Shown: piece after piece, positions 52,491-63,050 of the stretch
Layout: every line of letters begins with the position of its first letter
Numbering within the stretch: position 1 is the first letter of the stretch
Assembly (NCBI GenBank): GCA_963666835.2
Contig: CAXXGO010000006.1
Span: 1,056,001 to 1,120,000 of the forward strand
Direction: 5' to 3'
Length of the DNA: 64,000 nucleotides
Source of the DNA: Phycisphaerae bacterium
Lineage (GTDB): Bacteria; Planctomycetota; Phycisphaerae; UBA1845
Translations under genes and position numbers: made by a program
The notes under the pieces: model-generated
Seen by the model: only the letters and a program-made list of their open reading frames with translations
The model's database searches: none
Told to the model about the DNA's origin: nothing

Positions 52491-54521
52491 TTACTTGATC
52501 GCCAATCGAAACTCGGCGTAGAACATGCGGGGGACTTCCGCATCGTTGAGGAACAGCGTGCTGCCCTCGTAGTGGTGCGAGTCGAGCAGGTTACGGACTC
52601 CCACGGCGATGGACGCGTGATCGTCGTGGAACTCATATTCTCCGCGCAGATCGAGGCGGAAGTACGAGTCTACCGGTTTGGGGCCGAACGGGTTGATGGG
52701 GTCGGGGGTTTTCACGTTGTCCACGTAGTACAGATGGCCCGACAGGTGAAGGTCATCAGTGGCGTCATAGCGCACGCCCACCATGAATTTGTGCTCGGGG
52801 GGGGAGATCAGCTCCTTCTCATGGAACGGGACGGACGATCTCCAGTTCAGCCGCTGATAAGAATAGTGCCCGAGAACGGTGAGCTGCTCGCTAACCCGAT
52901 ACTTGGCATCGAGTTCCGCTCCGTACAATGATGAGTCCGCCCGCGTGTCAATATCGAAACGAAGCAACCCGGGAGGTCCGAGAGTCGGGGATGCCGTAGA
53001 CATGTCAGCAGCTTCGTGCCAGAACAGGTTCGCGTTTGCTTCCAGGTTGCCGGTCGGCCGCACGCGGTATCCCAACTCGTATGCTACTACGGTCTCCGGT
53101 TTCAAATCACGTCTGCCAGTCACGACGGCCAGCTCGTTGAGCAGCGGCATCTCGAGGAACCGAAGCCCTGGCGGGTGAATATGCGCTGCGCGGGAAACGG
53201 CACCGTAGAGCAACGACTTTTCGTTCGGGGCAAACGACAAGGCCGCTCGGGCGCTTGGCTGGAAGCCGCCGTAGGACTCATAGTCGAGACGTCCGCCAAG
53301 GCTGAGAGCCCAGCGCGGGGCGAACTGCCAGTCATCCTGCACGTACGCGCCGACTATCGCCGTTCTCACGAAGTCCCTGGATAGCAGATAGGGGTCGGCG
53401 TTGCTTCCGTCCAGCAGGTCGACGCGCCCATCCACCCCCCAGGTCAGGACGTGTCCTTCGGTTGGCCTCGTCGTTTTTCGGACTTGTAGGGCGAGCTGTT
53501 GGTAGCGGTAGTCAAGCGCGGAGAATCCGGCGGATCCCTGAAAGTCGTTGACATACCCCGTCAACTCCAGCTCGCCTCCGTTTCCGGTCTGGCGCGTCCA
53601 ACTACCCAATATGTGTGACGCGACGGCCCCCGGGTTCTTGCGGGTGCCGATCCCCGCGGTAGGGGCGGGAGCGAACCCGCCGTCGAGCGTCCCGTTCCCG
53701 ATGGAGAGCGTGAAGGTCTCGTCCGGGCTCGCGTCGAAAATGGCGTAGAGGCCGATCCGCCCCGCTTTGAAGTCATCTTCGAGGCCTCGAACAAAGGACC
53801 CTCCCCTGAGGAAACCATCGCTGGCTTCGTACTCGCCGGACACTCGTATTCTCAGCCTCTCGTCTTCGAAGGCGTAGCCTACGTGCTGTTTGAGGGAACC
53901 GCGCGAACCGCCGCCGGACGTTACCGTTAGACCGAGTTGGTCTTTCGGGTCCTTGGTGATGATGTTCACCACGCCGTTGAGGGCGTTCGCACCCCACGTG
54001 ACTCCTCCGGGGCCGCGGACGATTTCAATCCGGGCGATGTCTTCGATTTGAAGCGGCCAAGCTCCCCAGAGCGTTCCGCCGAAGGCCGAGTCGTAGAGTT
54101 GGCGCCCATCGACGAGAACCAGGACCTGGCGGTTGGCGAAGCCGTGGAATCCGCGCGGCGAGACCGCCGCCGCGCCGTATAAGAGGTCCGCCACGTCCAT
54201 GCCGGGAACCAATCGCAAGGCGTCCGGAACCGACCGGGCCCCGGAACGCCGAATGTCCTCGGCGGTGATGACCGTGACGGCCTGCGGGATAGTCGAGATG
54301 TCCTGTTGGTGTCGCGCGGCCGTGGTGACCGTGGGAATCTCCAGCTCCAGGAGCCCGAGGTCATCAAGATCATCCGGGTCCCAAGTGGGCTCGGATTCGT
54401 CAGGGCGGGCCGCAGGGTCGGATGAGGGCTGATCCTCGGCGAGTGCGGAAGACACGTCGGGGATAGAGACTGCGATGGCGGCGCAGAGGAGGAGGGTTGC
54501 CGTGGGTTTCTTGTGCATCAT
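52491..54521 (-). CDS. TonB-dependent receptor (third in operon)
   Basis: Signal peptide; plug VITAEDIRRSGA..LVDGR..RIEIVRGPGG..GVVNIITK; barrel end VGVRNLLD. Confidence 0.92.
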   Translation of the reverse strand: MMHKKPTATLLLCAAIAVSIPDVSSALAEDQPSSDPAARPDESEPTWDPDDLDDLGLLELEIPTVTTAARHQQDISTIPQAVTVITAEDIRRSGARSVPDALRLVPGMDVADLLYGAAAVSPRGFHGFANRQVLVLVDGRQLYDSAFGGTLWGAWPLQIEDIARIEIVRGPGGVTWGANALNGVVNIITKDPKDQLGLTVTSGGGSRGSLKQHVGYAFEDERLRIRVSGEYEASDGFLRGGSFVRGLEDDFKAGRIGLYAIFDASPDETFTLSIGNGTLDGGFAPAPTAGIGTRKNPGAVASHILGSWTRQTGNGGELELTGYVNDFQGSAGFSALDYRYQQLALQVRKTTRPTEGHVLTWGVDGRVDLLDGSNADPYLLSRDFVRTAIVGAYVQDDWQFAPRWALSLGGRLDYESYGGFQPSARAALSFAPNEKSLLYGAVSRAAHIHPPGLRFLEMPLLNELAVVTGRRDLKPETVVAYELGYRVRPTGNLEANANLFWHEAADMSTASPTLGPPGLLRFDIDTRADSSLYGAELDAKYRVSEQLTVLGHYSYQRLNWRSSVPFHEKELISPPEHKFMVGVRYDATDDLHLSGHLYYVDNVKTPDPINPFGPKPVDSYFRLDLRGEYEFHDDHASIAVGVRNLLDSHHYEGSTLFLNDAEVPRMFYAEFRLAIK

Positions 54522-56542
54522 TTGATCGCCATACGGAACTCGGCGTAGAACATGCGGGGGACTTCCGCATCGTTGAGGAACGTCGAGCCTCCTTCATAGT
54601 GATCCGGGTCCAGAAGATTGCGCACGCCGACCGCGATCGACGCTTGGTCGTTCCAGAATTCGTACTCCCCGCGGAGGTCGACCCGAACGTATGGTGCCTG
54701 GTGGCGAGGATGGAATAGATTGGCGGGGTTCGGGGCGAACGAGGCGTCTACGTAGTACACGTGACTGGATAGATGGAGATCGGGCGTCGGGCTGTACCTA
54801 ACGCCGACCATGGCCTTATGCGCCGGTGGGCTAATGGCGTCCTTGTCATGAAGGGGGGCCTTCACCCGCCAATCCAGATGCTGATACGTATAGTGCGCCA
54901 GGAGGGTGAACGAATCAGCCAGGGCGTAGCGTGCGTCGGCCTCGAATCCGTACACCGCGTTGGAGCCGCGGTTGTCAATATCGATGTGGATCAGCCCCGG
55001 GGGGCCGAGACGCGGAGAGAGCGTGTAGACGTCGGAGTACTGATGCCAATACACGTTCAGGTTGACGTGGAGTCGATCATCTTGGTAGCTCGCCCGATGC
55101 CCCAGCTCGTAGGCCATCACGGTTGCCGGGCGGATGGCCCGGTCGCTCTGGACTACTATCAAGCCGCCCAACAACGGGATGTCGGCGAAACGGGTCGCTC
55201 CCGGGAGCATGTGAAAAGCGCGAGAGACGGCTCCGAAGACACTCGAGTTGTCGGTCAGTTGATAGGAGAATGCCGCCCGCGCGCTGGGCTCGGTTCCGCC
55301 GTACGAGTCGTAGTCCAGCCGGGCGCCGAGGGTCGCGGTCCAGCGGTCTGTCGGCCTCCATTGGTTCTGGACGTAGGCGCCGATGATGAACGTGTTGACC
55401 AGGTCCTTCGAGAGCATGAATGGATCAGAGTTCGTCGTGTCGGCATGATCCAGGCGGGTGTCGATCCCCCAGGTCAGCGTGTGCCTCTCGGCCGGGCGAA
55501 ACGTGTGGCTGAGCTGCAGGGCGTATTGCTGATAGCGATAGTCTATCGATGACACTCCGTTGGACACGTGGGAGTCGTTCACGTAGGCGGTCAGGCTGAG
55601 GTCGTTGTCGGGGGCGATCCGCCGGTCCCATTTGCCGAGGATGAACGACGCCTGCGAGCCTGAGTTCCTCCGCTTCATCAACAGCCCCGCAGGTGGGGCC
55701 GGATAGCCCCCGTCCAACAGGGCGCTGCCGGCCGAGAGCGTCAGGCGGTCATCACCTTCTTCGAAGATGGCGTGGACGCTTGCGCGACCGCTCTTGTAGT
55801 CATCTGCCAGTGGGCGAAGGAAAGACCCGCCCTTGCGGAATCCGTCACTGGCCTCATATTCCCCAGAGACGCGCAGCCGGAGCCGATCATCCTCGAAGGC
55901 GTACCCCACGTGTTGCTTGAACGTCCCGCGCGATCCGCCGCCGCTCGTGGTCGTCAGTCCGAGCTGTTTGCGGGGGTCTTTGGTTATGATGTTGATGACC
56001 CCGTTGACGGCGTTGGCTCCCCAGGTGACCCCGCCGGGGCCGCGGATCACCTCGATGCGTTCGATGTCCTCGACCTGAAACGGCCAGCTTTCCCAGAGCG
56101 TGCCCCCGAAGACCGAATCGTAGATCTGCCTTCCGTCCACGAGAACGAGCACGTAGTTGGAAAGGAATCCGCAAGAGGCTCGGGGTGACACAGCGGCGGC
56201 ACCAAAGGCCAAGTCGGCGATATCTACGCCGGGGACCAGGCGGAGGGCGTCGGGGATCGACCGGGCGCCGGATTGGCGGATGTCCGCGGCGGTGATGACG
56301 CTCATGGCGTGCGGTACGGTCGTTATCTTCTGCTCGTGGCGGGCCGCCGTGATTACGACGGGAATCTCCAGGTCCAGCAGGTCGAGATCGTCGAGGTCAT
56401 CTGTTTCCGCGACCGGCTCGGCCTTGCCGGAATCGCTGGAATCGAGTTGGTCCTGGGCAATTACCGGCGACGCACCGGCGGCGAGCAGTGGGATGATGAG
56501 CCACTGAAGCCACGTCCGGAATGTTGCCTTTGTGTTCATCAC
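54518..56542 (-). CDS. TonB-dependent receptor (second in operon)
   Basis: Same plug and barrel motifs; 4-bp overlaps with neighbours. Confidence 0.92.
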   Translation of the reverse strand: MMNTKATFRTWLQWLIIPLLAAGASPVIAQDQLDSSDSGKAEPVAETDDLDDLDLLDLEIPVVITAARHEQKITTVPHAMSVITAADIRQSGARSIPDALRLVPGVDIADLAFGAAAVSPRASCGFLSNYVLVLVDGRQIYDSVFGGTLWESWPFQVEDIERIEVIRGPGGVTWGANAVNGVINIITKDPRKQLGLTTTSGGGSRGTFKQHVGYAFEDDRLRLRVSGEYEASDGFRKGGSFLRPLADDYKSGRASVHAIFEEGDDRLTLSAGSALLDGGYPAPPAGLLMKRRNSGSQASFILGKWDRRIAPDNDLSLTAYVNDSHVSNGVSSIDYRYQQYALQLSHTFRPAERHTLTWGIDTRLDHADTTNSDPFMLSKDLVNTFIIGAYVQNQWRPTDRWTATLGARLDYDSYGGTEPSARAAFSYQLTDNSSVFGAVSRAFHMLPGATRFADIPLLGGLIVVQSDRAIRPATVMAYELGHRASYQDDRLHVNLNVYWHQYSDVYTLSPRLGPPGLIHIDIDNRGSNAVYGFEADARYALADSFTLLAHYTYQHLDWRVKAPLHDKDAISPPAHKAMVGVRYSPTPDLHLSSHVYYVDASFAPNPANLFHPRHQAPYVRVDLRGEYEFWNDQASIAVGVRNLLDPDHYEGGSTFLNDAEVPRMFYAEFRMAIK

Positions 56543-58647
56543 TTGATCGCTAATCGAAACTCGGCAAAGAGCATGCGAGGGACTTCCGCATCGTTGAAGA
56601 ACGTGGAGCCTCCTTCATAGTGATCCGGATCCAGCAGATTGCGCACTCCCACAGCGATGGACGCCCGATCATCCCAGAACTCGTATTCGCCGCGGAGGTC
56701 CAACCGCAGGTACGGATCCACGTGGCGAGGAGCGAACGGATTGCCGGGGTCCGGCGCGCAGGTGGCATCTACGAAGTGCAGGTGACCGGACAAGTGGAGG
56801 TCAGCCGTCGGGCTGTACCGGACGCCGATCATGGCTTTGTGCTTCGGTGGAGTAATAACGTCTTGCTCGTCAATGGAAGCCGCTACCGACCAGTTCAGTT
56901 GTTGATACGTGTAGTGCGCCAAAAGGGTGAACGAATCGGTCAGGGCGTAGCGGGCGTCGGCCTCGACTCCGTACAGAGCGTAAGGGCCGCGATTGTCGAG
57001 GTAGATGCAGGCCAACCCCGGAGGCCCCAGGCGAGGAGTAAGGGTGTAAGCATCGGAGTGCTCGTGCCAGAAGAGGTTCAGGTTGAGATGCAATCTGTCT
57101 TGCGCATGACGACCCCGGTAGCCCAGTTCATAGGCTATTACTGTCAGCGGTCGAACGTTGCGATCGCTCCGGACCTCCACCAACCCGCCGAACAACGGGA
57201 AGCTGAGGAAGCGTGCCGTTCCCGGGAGCATGTGAAATGCGCGGGAAACGGAGCCGAACATGCTGGAGTTGTCTGACAGTTGATAGGAAATCGCCGCCCG
57301 GGCGCTGGGTTCGAACCCGCCGTAGGAGTCATAGTCCAGCCGGGCGCCGATCGTCGCCGTCCAGCGGTCTGTGGGCCTCCATCCGTCTTGGACATAAGCA
57401 CCGACGATGAACATGTTCACCGGATCCTTCGAGAGCATGAGCGGATCGGAGTTCGTGGCATCGGCATGATCCAGACGCGTATCGATCCCCCAGGTCAGTG
57501 TGTGCTTATCGCTCGGGCGATAGGTGTGGCTGAATTGCAGGGCGTATTGTTGGTATCGATAGTCTATCGACGGCACGCCGTTGGAAACGTGGAAGTCGTT
57601 TACGTATCCGGTCACGCTGAGGTTGTTGTCGGGCGCGATTCGGTGATCCCACTTGCCGAGAATGAACGAGGCCTGCGAGCCCGAGTTTCTCCGTTTCATC
57701 AACAACCCTGCCGGTGGGGGCGGATAGCCTCCGTCCAGCAGGGCGTTGCCGGCCGAGAGCGTCAAGCGGTCATCCCCCTCGTCAACAATGGCGTGGACGC
57801 TTGCGCGACCGCTTTTGTAGTCATCATCAAGTCGGCGCAGAAGGGACCCGCCCTTGTGGAATCCGTCACTGGCCTCGTATTCGCCCGAGAAACGCAGGCG
57901 TAACCTGCCGTCTTCGAAGGCGTACCCTATATGTTGCTTGAACGTCCCACGCGATCCCCCGCCGCTCGTAATCGTCAGACCAAGCTGATCTCGGGGGTCT
58001 TTGGTTATGATGTTGATCACTCCGTTGACCGCGTTGGCTCCCCAGGTGACGCCGCCGGGGCCTCGGATCACCTCGATGCGTTCGATATCCTCCAACTGGA
58101 ACGGCCAGCTATCCCAGAGCGTGCCTCCGAAAACCGAATCGTAGATCTGCCTTCCGTCCACGAGCACGAGCGCCTGGTTGGAAAGGGCGCCGTGACTGCC
58201 TCGCGGGGATGCCCCGCTAATGCCGTAGGCGAGGTCGGCGAGGTCCATCCCGGGAACTAGCCGGAGGGCGTCGGCAATCGACCGGGCACCGGATTGACGA
58301 ATGTCCGCCGCCGTGATGACGCTCATGGCGTACGGGACGGCGGTTATCTTCTGTTCATGCCGGCCGGCCGTGACCACGGTGGGGACTTTCAGGCGTAGAA
58401 GGTCGAGGTCTTCGATGTCATCATGTACCGGAGTCTCGTTGGCCGTCGGGGCCGCCTCCGGCGGTAACTCCGGATCCTCTTGGGCGAAAACGGAAGTTGG
58501 CTGCCAGTATGCCGTCAGCAACGCTAAGGCGAGCAACGTGAGGACCGTCCGGGCGGCGGAAGCGCGGAGTTCGGGCAACGCGGCGAGCCTTGTAAGCCGC
58601 GCCTTTCGATGGTCGCGCGATGGGTTTTGTCCTTCGCGTCCGGTCAT
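56539..58647 (-). CDS. TonB-dependent receptor (first in operon)
   Basis: Same plug and barrel motifs. Confidence 0.92.
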   Translation of the reverse strand: MTGREGQNPSRDHRKARLTRLAALPELRASAARTVLTLLALALLTAYWQPTSVFAQEDPELPPEAAPTANETPVHDDIEDLDLLRLKVPTVVTAGRHEQKITAVPYAMSVITAADIRQSGARSIADALRLVPGMDLADLAYGISGASPRGSHGALSNQALVLVDGRQIYDSVFGGTLWDSWPFQLEDIERIEVIRGPGGVTWGANAVNGVINIITKDPRDQLGLTITSGGGSRGTFKQHIGYAFEDGRLRLRFSGEYEASDGFHKGGSLLRRLDDDYKSGRASVHAIVDEGDDRLTLSAGNALLDGGYPPPPAGLLMKRRNSGSQASFILGKWDHRIAPDNNLSVTGYVNDFHVSNGVPSIDYRYQQYALQFSHTYRPSDKHTLTWGIDTRLDHADATNSDPLMLSKDPVNMFIVGAYVQDGWRPTDRWTATIGARLDYDSYGGFEPSARAAISYQLSDNSSMFGSVSRAFHMLPGTARFLSFPLFGGLVEVRSDRNVRPLTVIAYELGYRGRHAQDRLHLNLNLFWHEHSDAYTLTPRLGPPGLACIYLDNRGPYALYGVEADARYALTDSFTLLAHYTYQQLNWSVAASIDEQDVITPPKHKAMIGVRYSPTADLHLSGHLHFVDATCAPDPGNPFAPRHVDPYLRLDLRGEYEFWDDRASIAVGVRNLLDPDHYEGGSTFFNDAEVPRMLFAEFRLAIK

Positions 58648-59630
58648 CTGTTTCCCAATCTTGCGGTGTCGGGACCGAGCGTTCTCTCGTCGAGAGTTAT
58701 GTCGATCAGCTCCGCGGTTCTCTCGTTTACAGCGCGTATCACCCGCCGGGGATACTGCAGCCCGATCGCTTCGACGTTCTCTCCTCGCAGGACGCGATCG
58801 ATCAGCTCTGCGGTCTGCTGGCCAATCGCGTGGTTATCGCAGTAGATCCCGGTCAAAGCGCCGGCCGTTACAACATGGGAAGAGAATGCGGAGATCGGCT
58901 TCTTCTGACTAATGCCCCACAGCAAGAGCCGCTGGACAGTCAGCGAGTTGTATACCTGGGCGTCCGGGATCATCAGCGCGGCGTCACACTTATGACGCTT
59001 GAGCGCCTCGATGGCAGGCGGGAACTCGTCGCGGTTTGCGTCAATGAGCTGGACGGCAATCCCGACTTTATCTCCCGCGTTTCGGATTCTGCTTGCCGTC
59101 TTAAGGGAGCGGGCACTGGAGAGAATGCCGACGTTCTGAATGCCCGGACAGAGGGAGGTCAACCATCGGATCTGCTCGTCCGGGGCGATGTCCGTAGTGA
59201 TTCCGGCGACTCGATCGCGATGCGGCCCGTCTACTGACATAAAACTGGCATCGAGGGCGTTGGGGACTATGAAGAAGATGACCGGCACATCCGCCACGTG
59301 CTGCAGGGCAAGCAGGGTTGCCTTGGTTCCGCCGGTAGCGATGACGTCCGGCTTCGCAGCCGCGAGAGCGTCGAGGGCCTGTCTCTGGGCGGCAGTGTCT
59401 TTTCCCGACGGAAGTTCGATCAGGATCGACTCGTATCCGCTCTCGGCCAAGGTCTGGTTGAGGGCCGTAGCCGCTTCGCGGTGGCTTGGGTTGGCTCGAA
59501 ACAGAACCGCTACCTGGACTGCGGAGTCGTCGGCAGGCGGACCAGCGGCGCGCAACGGGTTCGAACCGCTGACCAGCGTGATCAACAGCACAACGAAGAC
59601 GAAGGGGCTGTGCCGGCTCCGGGAACGCAC
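58644..59630 (-). CDS. Periplasmic ABC-type substrate-binding-like protein
   Basis: Signal peptide; PDVIATGG..VPVIF, VAGI, IGQQTAELIDRVLRG, VNERTAELIDI. Confidence 0.8.
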   Translation of the reverse strand: MRSRSRHSPFVFVVLLITLVSGSNPLRAAGPPADDSAVQVAVLFRANPSHREAATALNQTLAESGYESILIELPSGKDTAAQRQALDALAAAKPDVIATGGTKATLLALQHVADVPVIFFIVPNALDASFMSVDGPHRDRVAGITTDIAPDEQIRWLTSLCPGIQNVGILSSARSLKTASRIRNAGDKVGIAVQLIDANRDEFPPAIEALKRHKCDAALMIPDAQVYNSLTVQRLLLWGISQKKPISAFSSHVVTAGALTGIYCDNHAIGQQTAELIDRVLRGENVEAIGLQYPRRVIRAVNERTAELIDITLDERTLGPDTARLGNR

Positions 59631-59925
59631 GTATCAACCCAGAAACACGATCTTCCGACTCTCTGACAATCCACCCCCCGACCTAGGGCAAGACACGCCC
59701 CGGTTATCGGCATTGCGGCGCCGCCGTTCGTGTTCTTCGCGCCGGGCACGGACTTGTTGAGGGTATTTCCGGCATGAAAATGCGTCACCGGAGCGCGCAG
59801 CTCCGTCGAGGAGGACCTTATTCAAGGTTGAATTTCCGCTGCAGATGGGGCGTCTTCCGACGCGGACGCCGGAGGCTTATGCTCCGATAACTCGGCAGCA
59901 CTGTGGAAAGCTCGACGAGGTCAAC

Positions 59926-59963
59926 GAAGAAAGCCACCCCGGCGCAAACGCCGCGGTGGCTCT
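59926..59963 (-). terminator. Intrinsic terminator downstream of the tRNA
   Basis: Minus strand AGCCACCGCGGCG-tttg-CGCCGGGGGTGGCT then TTCTT. Confidence 0.6.
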
Positions 59964-59968
59964 GTCGA

Positions 59969-60041
59969 CACCCCCAAGGGGACTCGAACCCCTGTCTTCA
60001 GGATGAGAACCTGATATCCTGGGCCGCTAGACGATGGGGGC
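59969..60041 (-). tRNA. tRNA-Glu (CTC), CCA not encoded
   Basis: GCCCCCA acceptor; anticodon arm TCAGG-TTCTCAT-CCTGA; GGTTCGAGTCC T-loop. Confidence 0.95.
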
Positions 60042-60211
60042 CTGCTCTTATTTAGATATAGAATTAGGATCTCAGCGACGTTACGTCAAGACCCTATCCT
60101 CCAACTTGTTTGCTTCGATCATCAGAATCATCCCGAGCGGCCAAGATCTGGACAGCGGCTGCGCCGCGGCGATGATAGTTTTCCCGTGTGGGGAAGCTAT
60201 AGGAGACGAGC

Positions 60212-61720
60212 ATGACAACAACGAACAACGTTGACACGGTAGCCGGCCTGGAACCGGCGGCGGTCTGGAGTTTCTTTGCCCGAATCTCCGACGTGCCGCA
60301 TCCTTCGAAACACGAGGCCCAGGTCTGCAAACTGGTGCGGGGGTTGGCCGAAGAGCACGGTTTGACCGTTCGCCAGGACGCCGCCGGGAATCTGGTAATA
60401 GTCGTCCCGGCGTCACCGGGTTGCGAGGATGTTCCTATAACGGTGCTTCAGGGCCACGTCGATATGGTCGGAGAGAAGAACGCGGATTGCAGCCACGACT
60501 TCGAGAAGGATCCGATCAGGCTGGTTCTCGGGCAGGCCCCGGAGGGAGACGAGCAGGTCGTACGGGCAACCGGTACGACTTTGGGTGCGGACAACGGCAT
60601 TGGCGTTGCGATGGGGCTCGCAGTTGCGGTGTCTTCCGATGTAGTCCACGGCCCGCTGGAGATCCTCCTGACAGTTGACGAGGAAGCAGGCATGACCGGG
60701 GCGGGAGCCCTGGAACCGGGTTCTTTTGAGGGCAGGTGCCTGCTCAATCTGGACTCGGAAGAGGATGACGTTCTGTACATCGGCTGCGCCGGCGGGTGTG
60801 ATTGCACCCTTATTTGGGACCTGGATCTGGATCGTTCCGTCGATGGTGCGTCGGCCTGTAAGGTGAACGTGTCAGGGCTTCTTGGAGGTCATTCCGGATC
60901 GGACATAAACGAGAACCGAGCCAACGCCATCAAACTCCTTGTTCGAACGTTAAGGCGGGGTGGCAACGGCTCTGTACGCTTGGCGTCGCTCCGCGGCGGA
61001 TCGTTGCGCAACGCCATCCCGCGCGAAGCTGAGGCGGTGGTCGTGGGAGACGATGAGGCCCTGGTGTCGGTGAAGGCGGCGGCCCAAGCCGTGGCGGCCG
61101 AAGCTGTCCGGGAATCCGGGGAGCAGGGCATCTCGATCCAAGTCGAGGACGCGGACTTGTCCGAAATCGGGGGAGCGGTGTCCGGGGAAGACACCGGACG
61201 CCTGTTGGACGCGCTGGCGGCTCTCCCGCACGGCGTGCTCAGGATGCAAACGGAAATCGCGGGGCTGGTTGAGACGTCCAACAATGTCGCTACGGTTACC
61301 GGTACGGTGCAGGATGGTGGCAGCGTCTTACGGGTTGTCGTCGGCAACCTGACGCGGAGCTCCTCCGCTACGTGTAAGGAGCAGGCGGCCGACCAGATTG
61401 CCGCGGTTGGTCATCTTGCGGGGGCGGCCGTGGAGATCGGCGGCGCCTACCCGGGCTGGGAGCCGGACATGGACTCGCCCATTCTTGCCAAGTGCCGCCG
61501 CGTGTACGAACGGCTCTTCGGCGAGCAGCCGAACGTGACGGCGATCCACGCGGGGTTGGAATGCGGGATCATCGGTGAACGGGTGGGCGAGATCGACATG
61601 GTGTCGTTCGGCCCGCGGATTGAGGGGGCCCATAGTCCCGACGAGCGGGTGTACGTGGCGTCGGTCCAAAAATCGTGGAAGTACCTGCTGGCGGTTCTGG
61701 AGGAACAGACGCGCGGTTGA
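60212..61720 (+). CDS. pepD: Aminoacyl-histidine dipeptidase (M20)
   Basis: LQGHVDMV, TTLGADNGIG, TVDEEAGMTGA, NLDSEE, GGHSG, IHAGLECG, HSPDE. Confidence 0.95.
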   Translation: MTTTNNVDTVAGLEPAAVWSFFARISDVPHPSKHEAQVCKLVRGLAEEHGLTVRQDAAGNLVIVVPASPGCEDVPITVLQGHVDMVGEKNADCSHDFEKDPIRLVLGQAPEGDEQVVRATGTTLGADNGIGVAMGLAVAVSSDVVHGPLEILLTVDEEAGMTGAGALEPGSFEGRCLLNLDSEEDDVLYIGCAGGCDCTLIWDLDLDRSVDGASACKVNVSGLLGGHSGSDINENRANAIKLLVRTLRRGGNGSVRLASLRGGSLRNAIPREAEAVVVGDDEALVSVKAAAQAVAAEAVRESGEQGISIQVEDADLSEIGGAVSGEDTGRLLDALAALPHGVLRMQTEIAGLVETSNNVATVTGTVQDGGSVLRVVVGNLTRSSSATCKEQAADQIAAVGHLAGAAVEIGGAYPGWEPDMDSPILAKCRRVYERLFGEQPNVTAIHAGLECGIIGERVGEIDMVSFGPRIEGAHSPDERVYVASVQKSWKYLLAVLEEQTRG

Positions 61721-61835
61721 GGCTTGTACTTGGGTGGTTTCTTAGGACTTGGGGGGCTCCGCCGAACAAGGTGCCCCCTGATGGTCCGGACATGTGAACT
61801 GAAACGGCGCCGGGCGAAACGCGCCGAGCGAGGGA

Positions 61836-62552
61836 GTGGCAGTGATGGCTAATAGACTGCGAGTGTGGGGTATCGTGCTGGGTCTGACGTGGTTGGTGAT
61901 GCCCGCCGTTGCGGGCGAAACCGTGGAGTCCGTGGAGAAGAAGGCCGGTGAGAGTTTCGGTCGAATCAAGACTCTGTCGGCCAAAGTAGACGTGGTCGGG
62001 AAGATGCTCACGGCTGGCAGCGTCGTCAATGTGGAGTGGGACGGGACCTTCATCTACGCGCGCCTGGACGATGACTACATGTCCCGGATGGATATCAGAG
62101 GTCTGATTCAACAAGATGGGACCAGCGTGGAGGCCACCATGAACACGGTAATCATGGGAGGGGTCATGCAGCTCTATGCCGATCAGGGTGGCAAACCGAT
62201 CGCTCGCAGGATGAAGGCGGAGGACATCCACAGCAGCAACGCCGCCGTCATGATGCGCGGGCTGCGCAAAGAGAACACGCTGAAGCTCCTGCCGGACGAG
62301 AAGATCGACGGTCGGCCGGTCTGGGTTGTCGAGTCGAAGCCCAAGGATCCCAACGCGGGGGAATCGAGGGCCGTCATGTTCATTGCGAAGGAGCTGGGCC
62401 TCGCGGTGAAGGTGGTGCGTATCGGGTCGGACGGAAAACCGGATTCGACTATCACGTTTAGCGACATCAAGCTGGGCGAGGACATCAAGCCGCACAGGTT
62501 TGTGCTGCGGATTCCGCCGGGCGTCCAAGTGATTGATACTACGAACGAGTAG
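61836..62552 (+). CDS. Secreted LolA-fold / lipoprotein-sorting-like protein
   Basis: Signal peptide; EKIDGRPVWVVESKP..ITFSDIKL..F..PPGVQVID. Confidence 0.7.
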   Translation: MAVMANRLRVWGIVLGLTWLVMPAVAGETVESVEKKAGESFGRIKTLSAKVDVVGKMLTAGSVVNVEWDGTFIYARLDDDYMSRMDIRGLIQQDGTSVEATMNTVIMGGVMQLYADQGGKPIARRMKAEDIHSSNAAVMMRGLRKENTLKLLPDEKIDGRPVWVVESKPKDPNAGESRAVMFIAKELGLAVKVVRIGSDGKPDSTITFSDIKLGEDIKPHRFVLRIPPGVQVIDTTNE

Positions 62553-62603
62553 CCCGAATGACGCTGTAGGACGGTGGAATCCGGCGCTTGCCGTGTGGCG
62601 TAG

Positions 62604-63050
62604 CTAATCCGCCTCGCACACCCCGCATGCTTCGGTTGCGGGGCTTGGAACGCACGAGCCGTTGATAATACTGGACACGTTCTCGTTTTCCAGAAAGACC
62701 TGGAAGCGTCGGTGAAACCCCAATAGCCCCTCCTGCGCCGTGCAGGCATCGGTGGGGGCAACAGCGCAGGTTCGCCGGTGCCGGTTTTCGTCGGGCGGCA
62801 CTACCGCGTCGAATATGTCGGCCATAGACACTTCCGAGAGCGGCTGCGCCAGAGCGTACCCGCCCGTTCGACCGCGGGTGGACCTGACGAGCCCCCGCTG
62901 AGACAAACTGCGGAGGATCTTGCAGGCTTGCTCCGGCGGAACCCCGACGGCCTTTGCGATACTGCGGGCCGCGGTCACGGAGGCGGCGTCTTGCCGGCGA
63001 AGATGGCACAAGATGTAGACCGCCTGAGTAACGCAGCGGGGGAGTATCAT
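62604..63050 (-). CDS. Rrf2-family transcriptional regulator
   Basis: IAKAVGVP..KILRSLSQRGLVRSTRGRTGGYALAQP..SMADIFDAV; C-terminal Cys residues. Confidence 0.92.
   Translation of the reverse strand: MILPRCVTQAVYILCHLRRQDAASVTAARSIAKAVGVPPEQACKILRSLSQRGLVRSTRGRTGGYALAQPLSEVSMADIFDAVVPPDENRHRRTCAVAPTDACTAQEGLLGFHRRFQVFLENENVSSIINGSCVPSPATEACGVCEAD

Noticed and set aside
59969..60041. tRNA-Glu as an integration site for the receptor cluster
   Set aside because: No duplicated tRNA 3' end or integrase seen in the window
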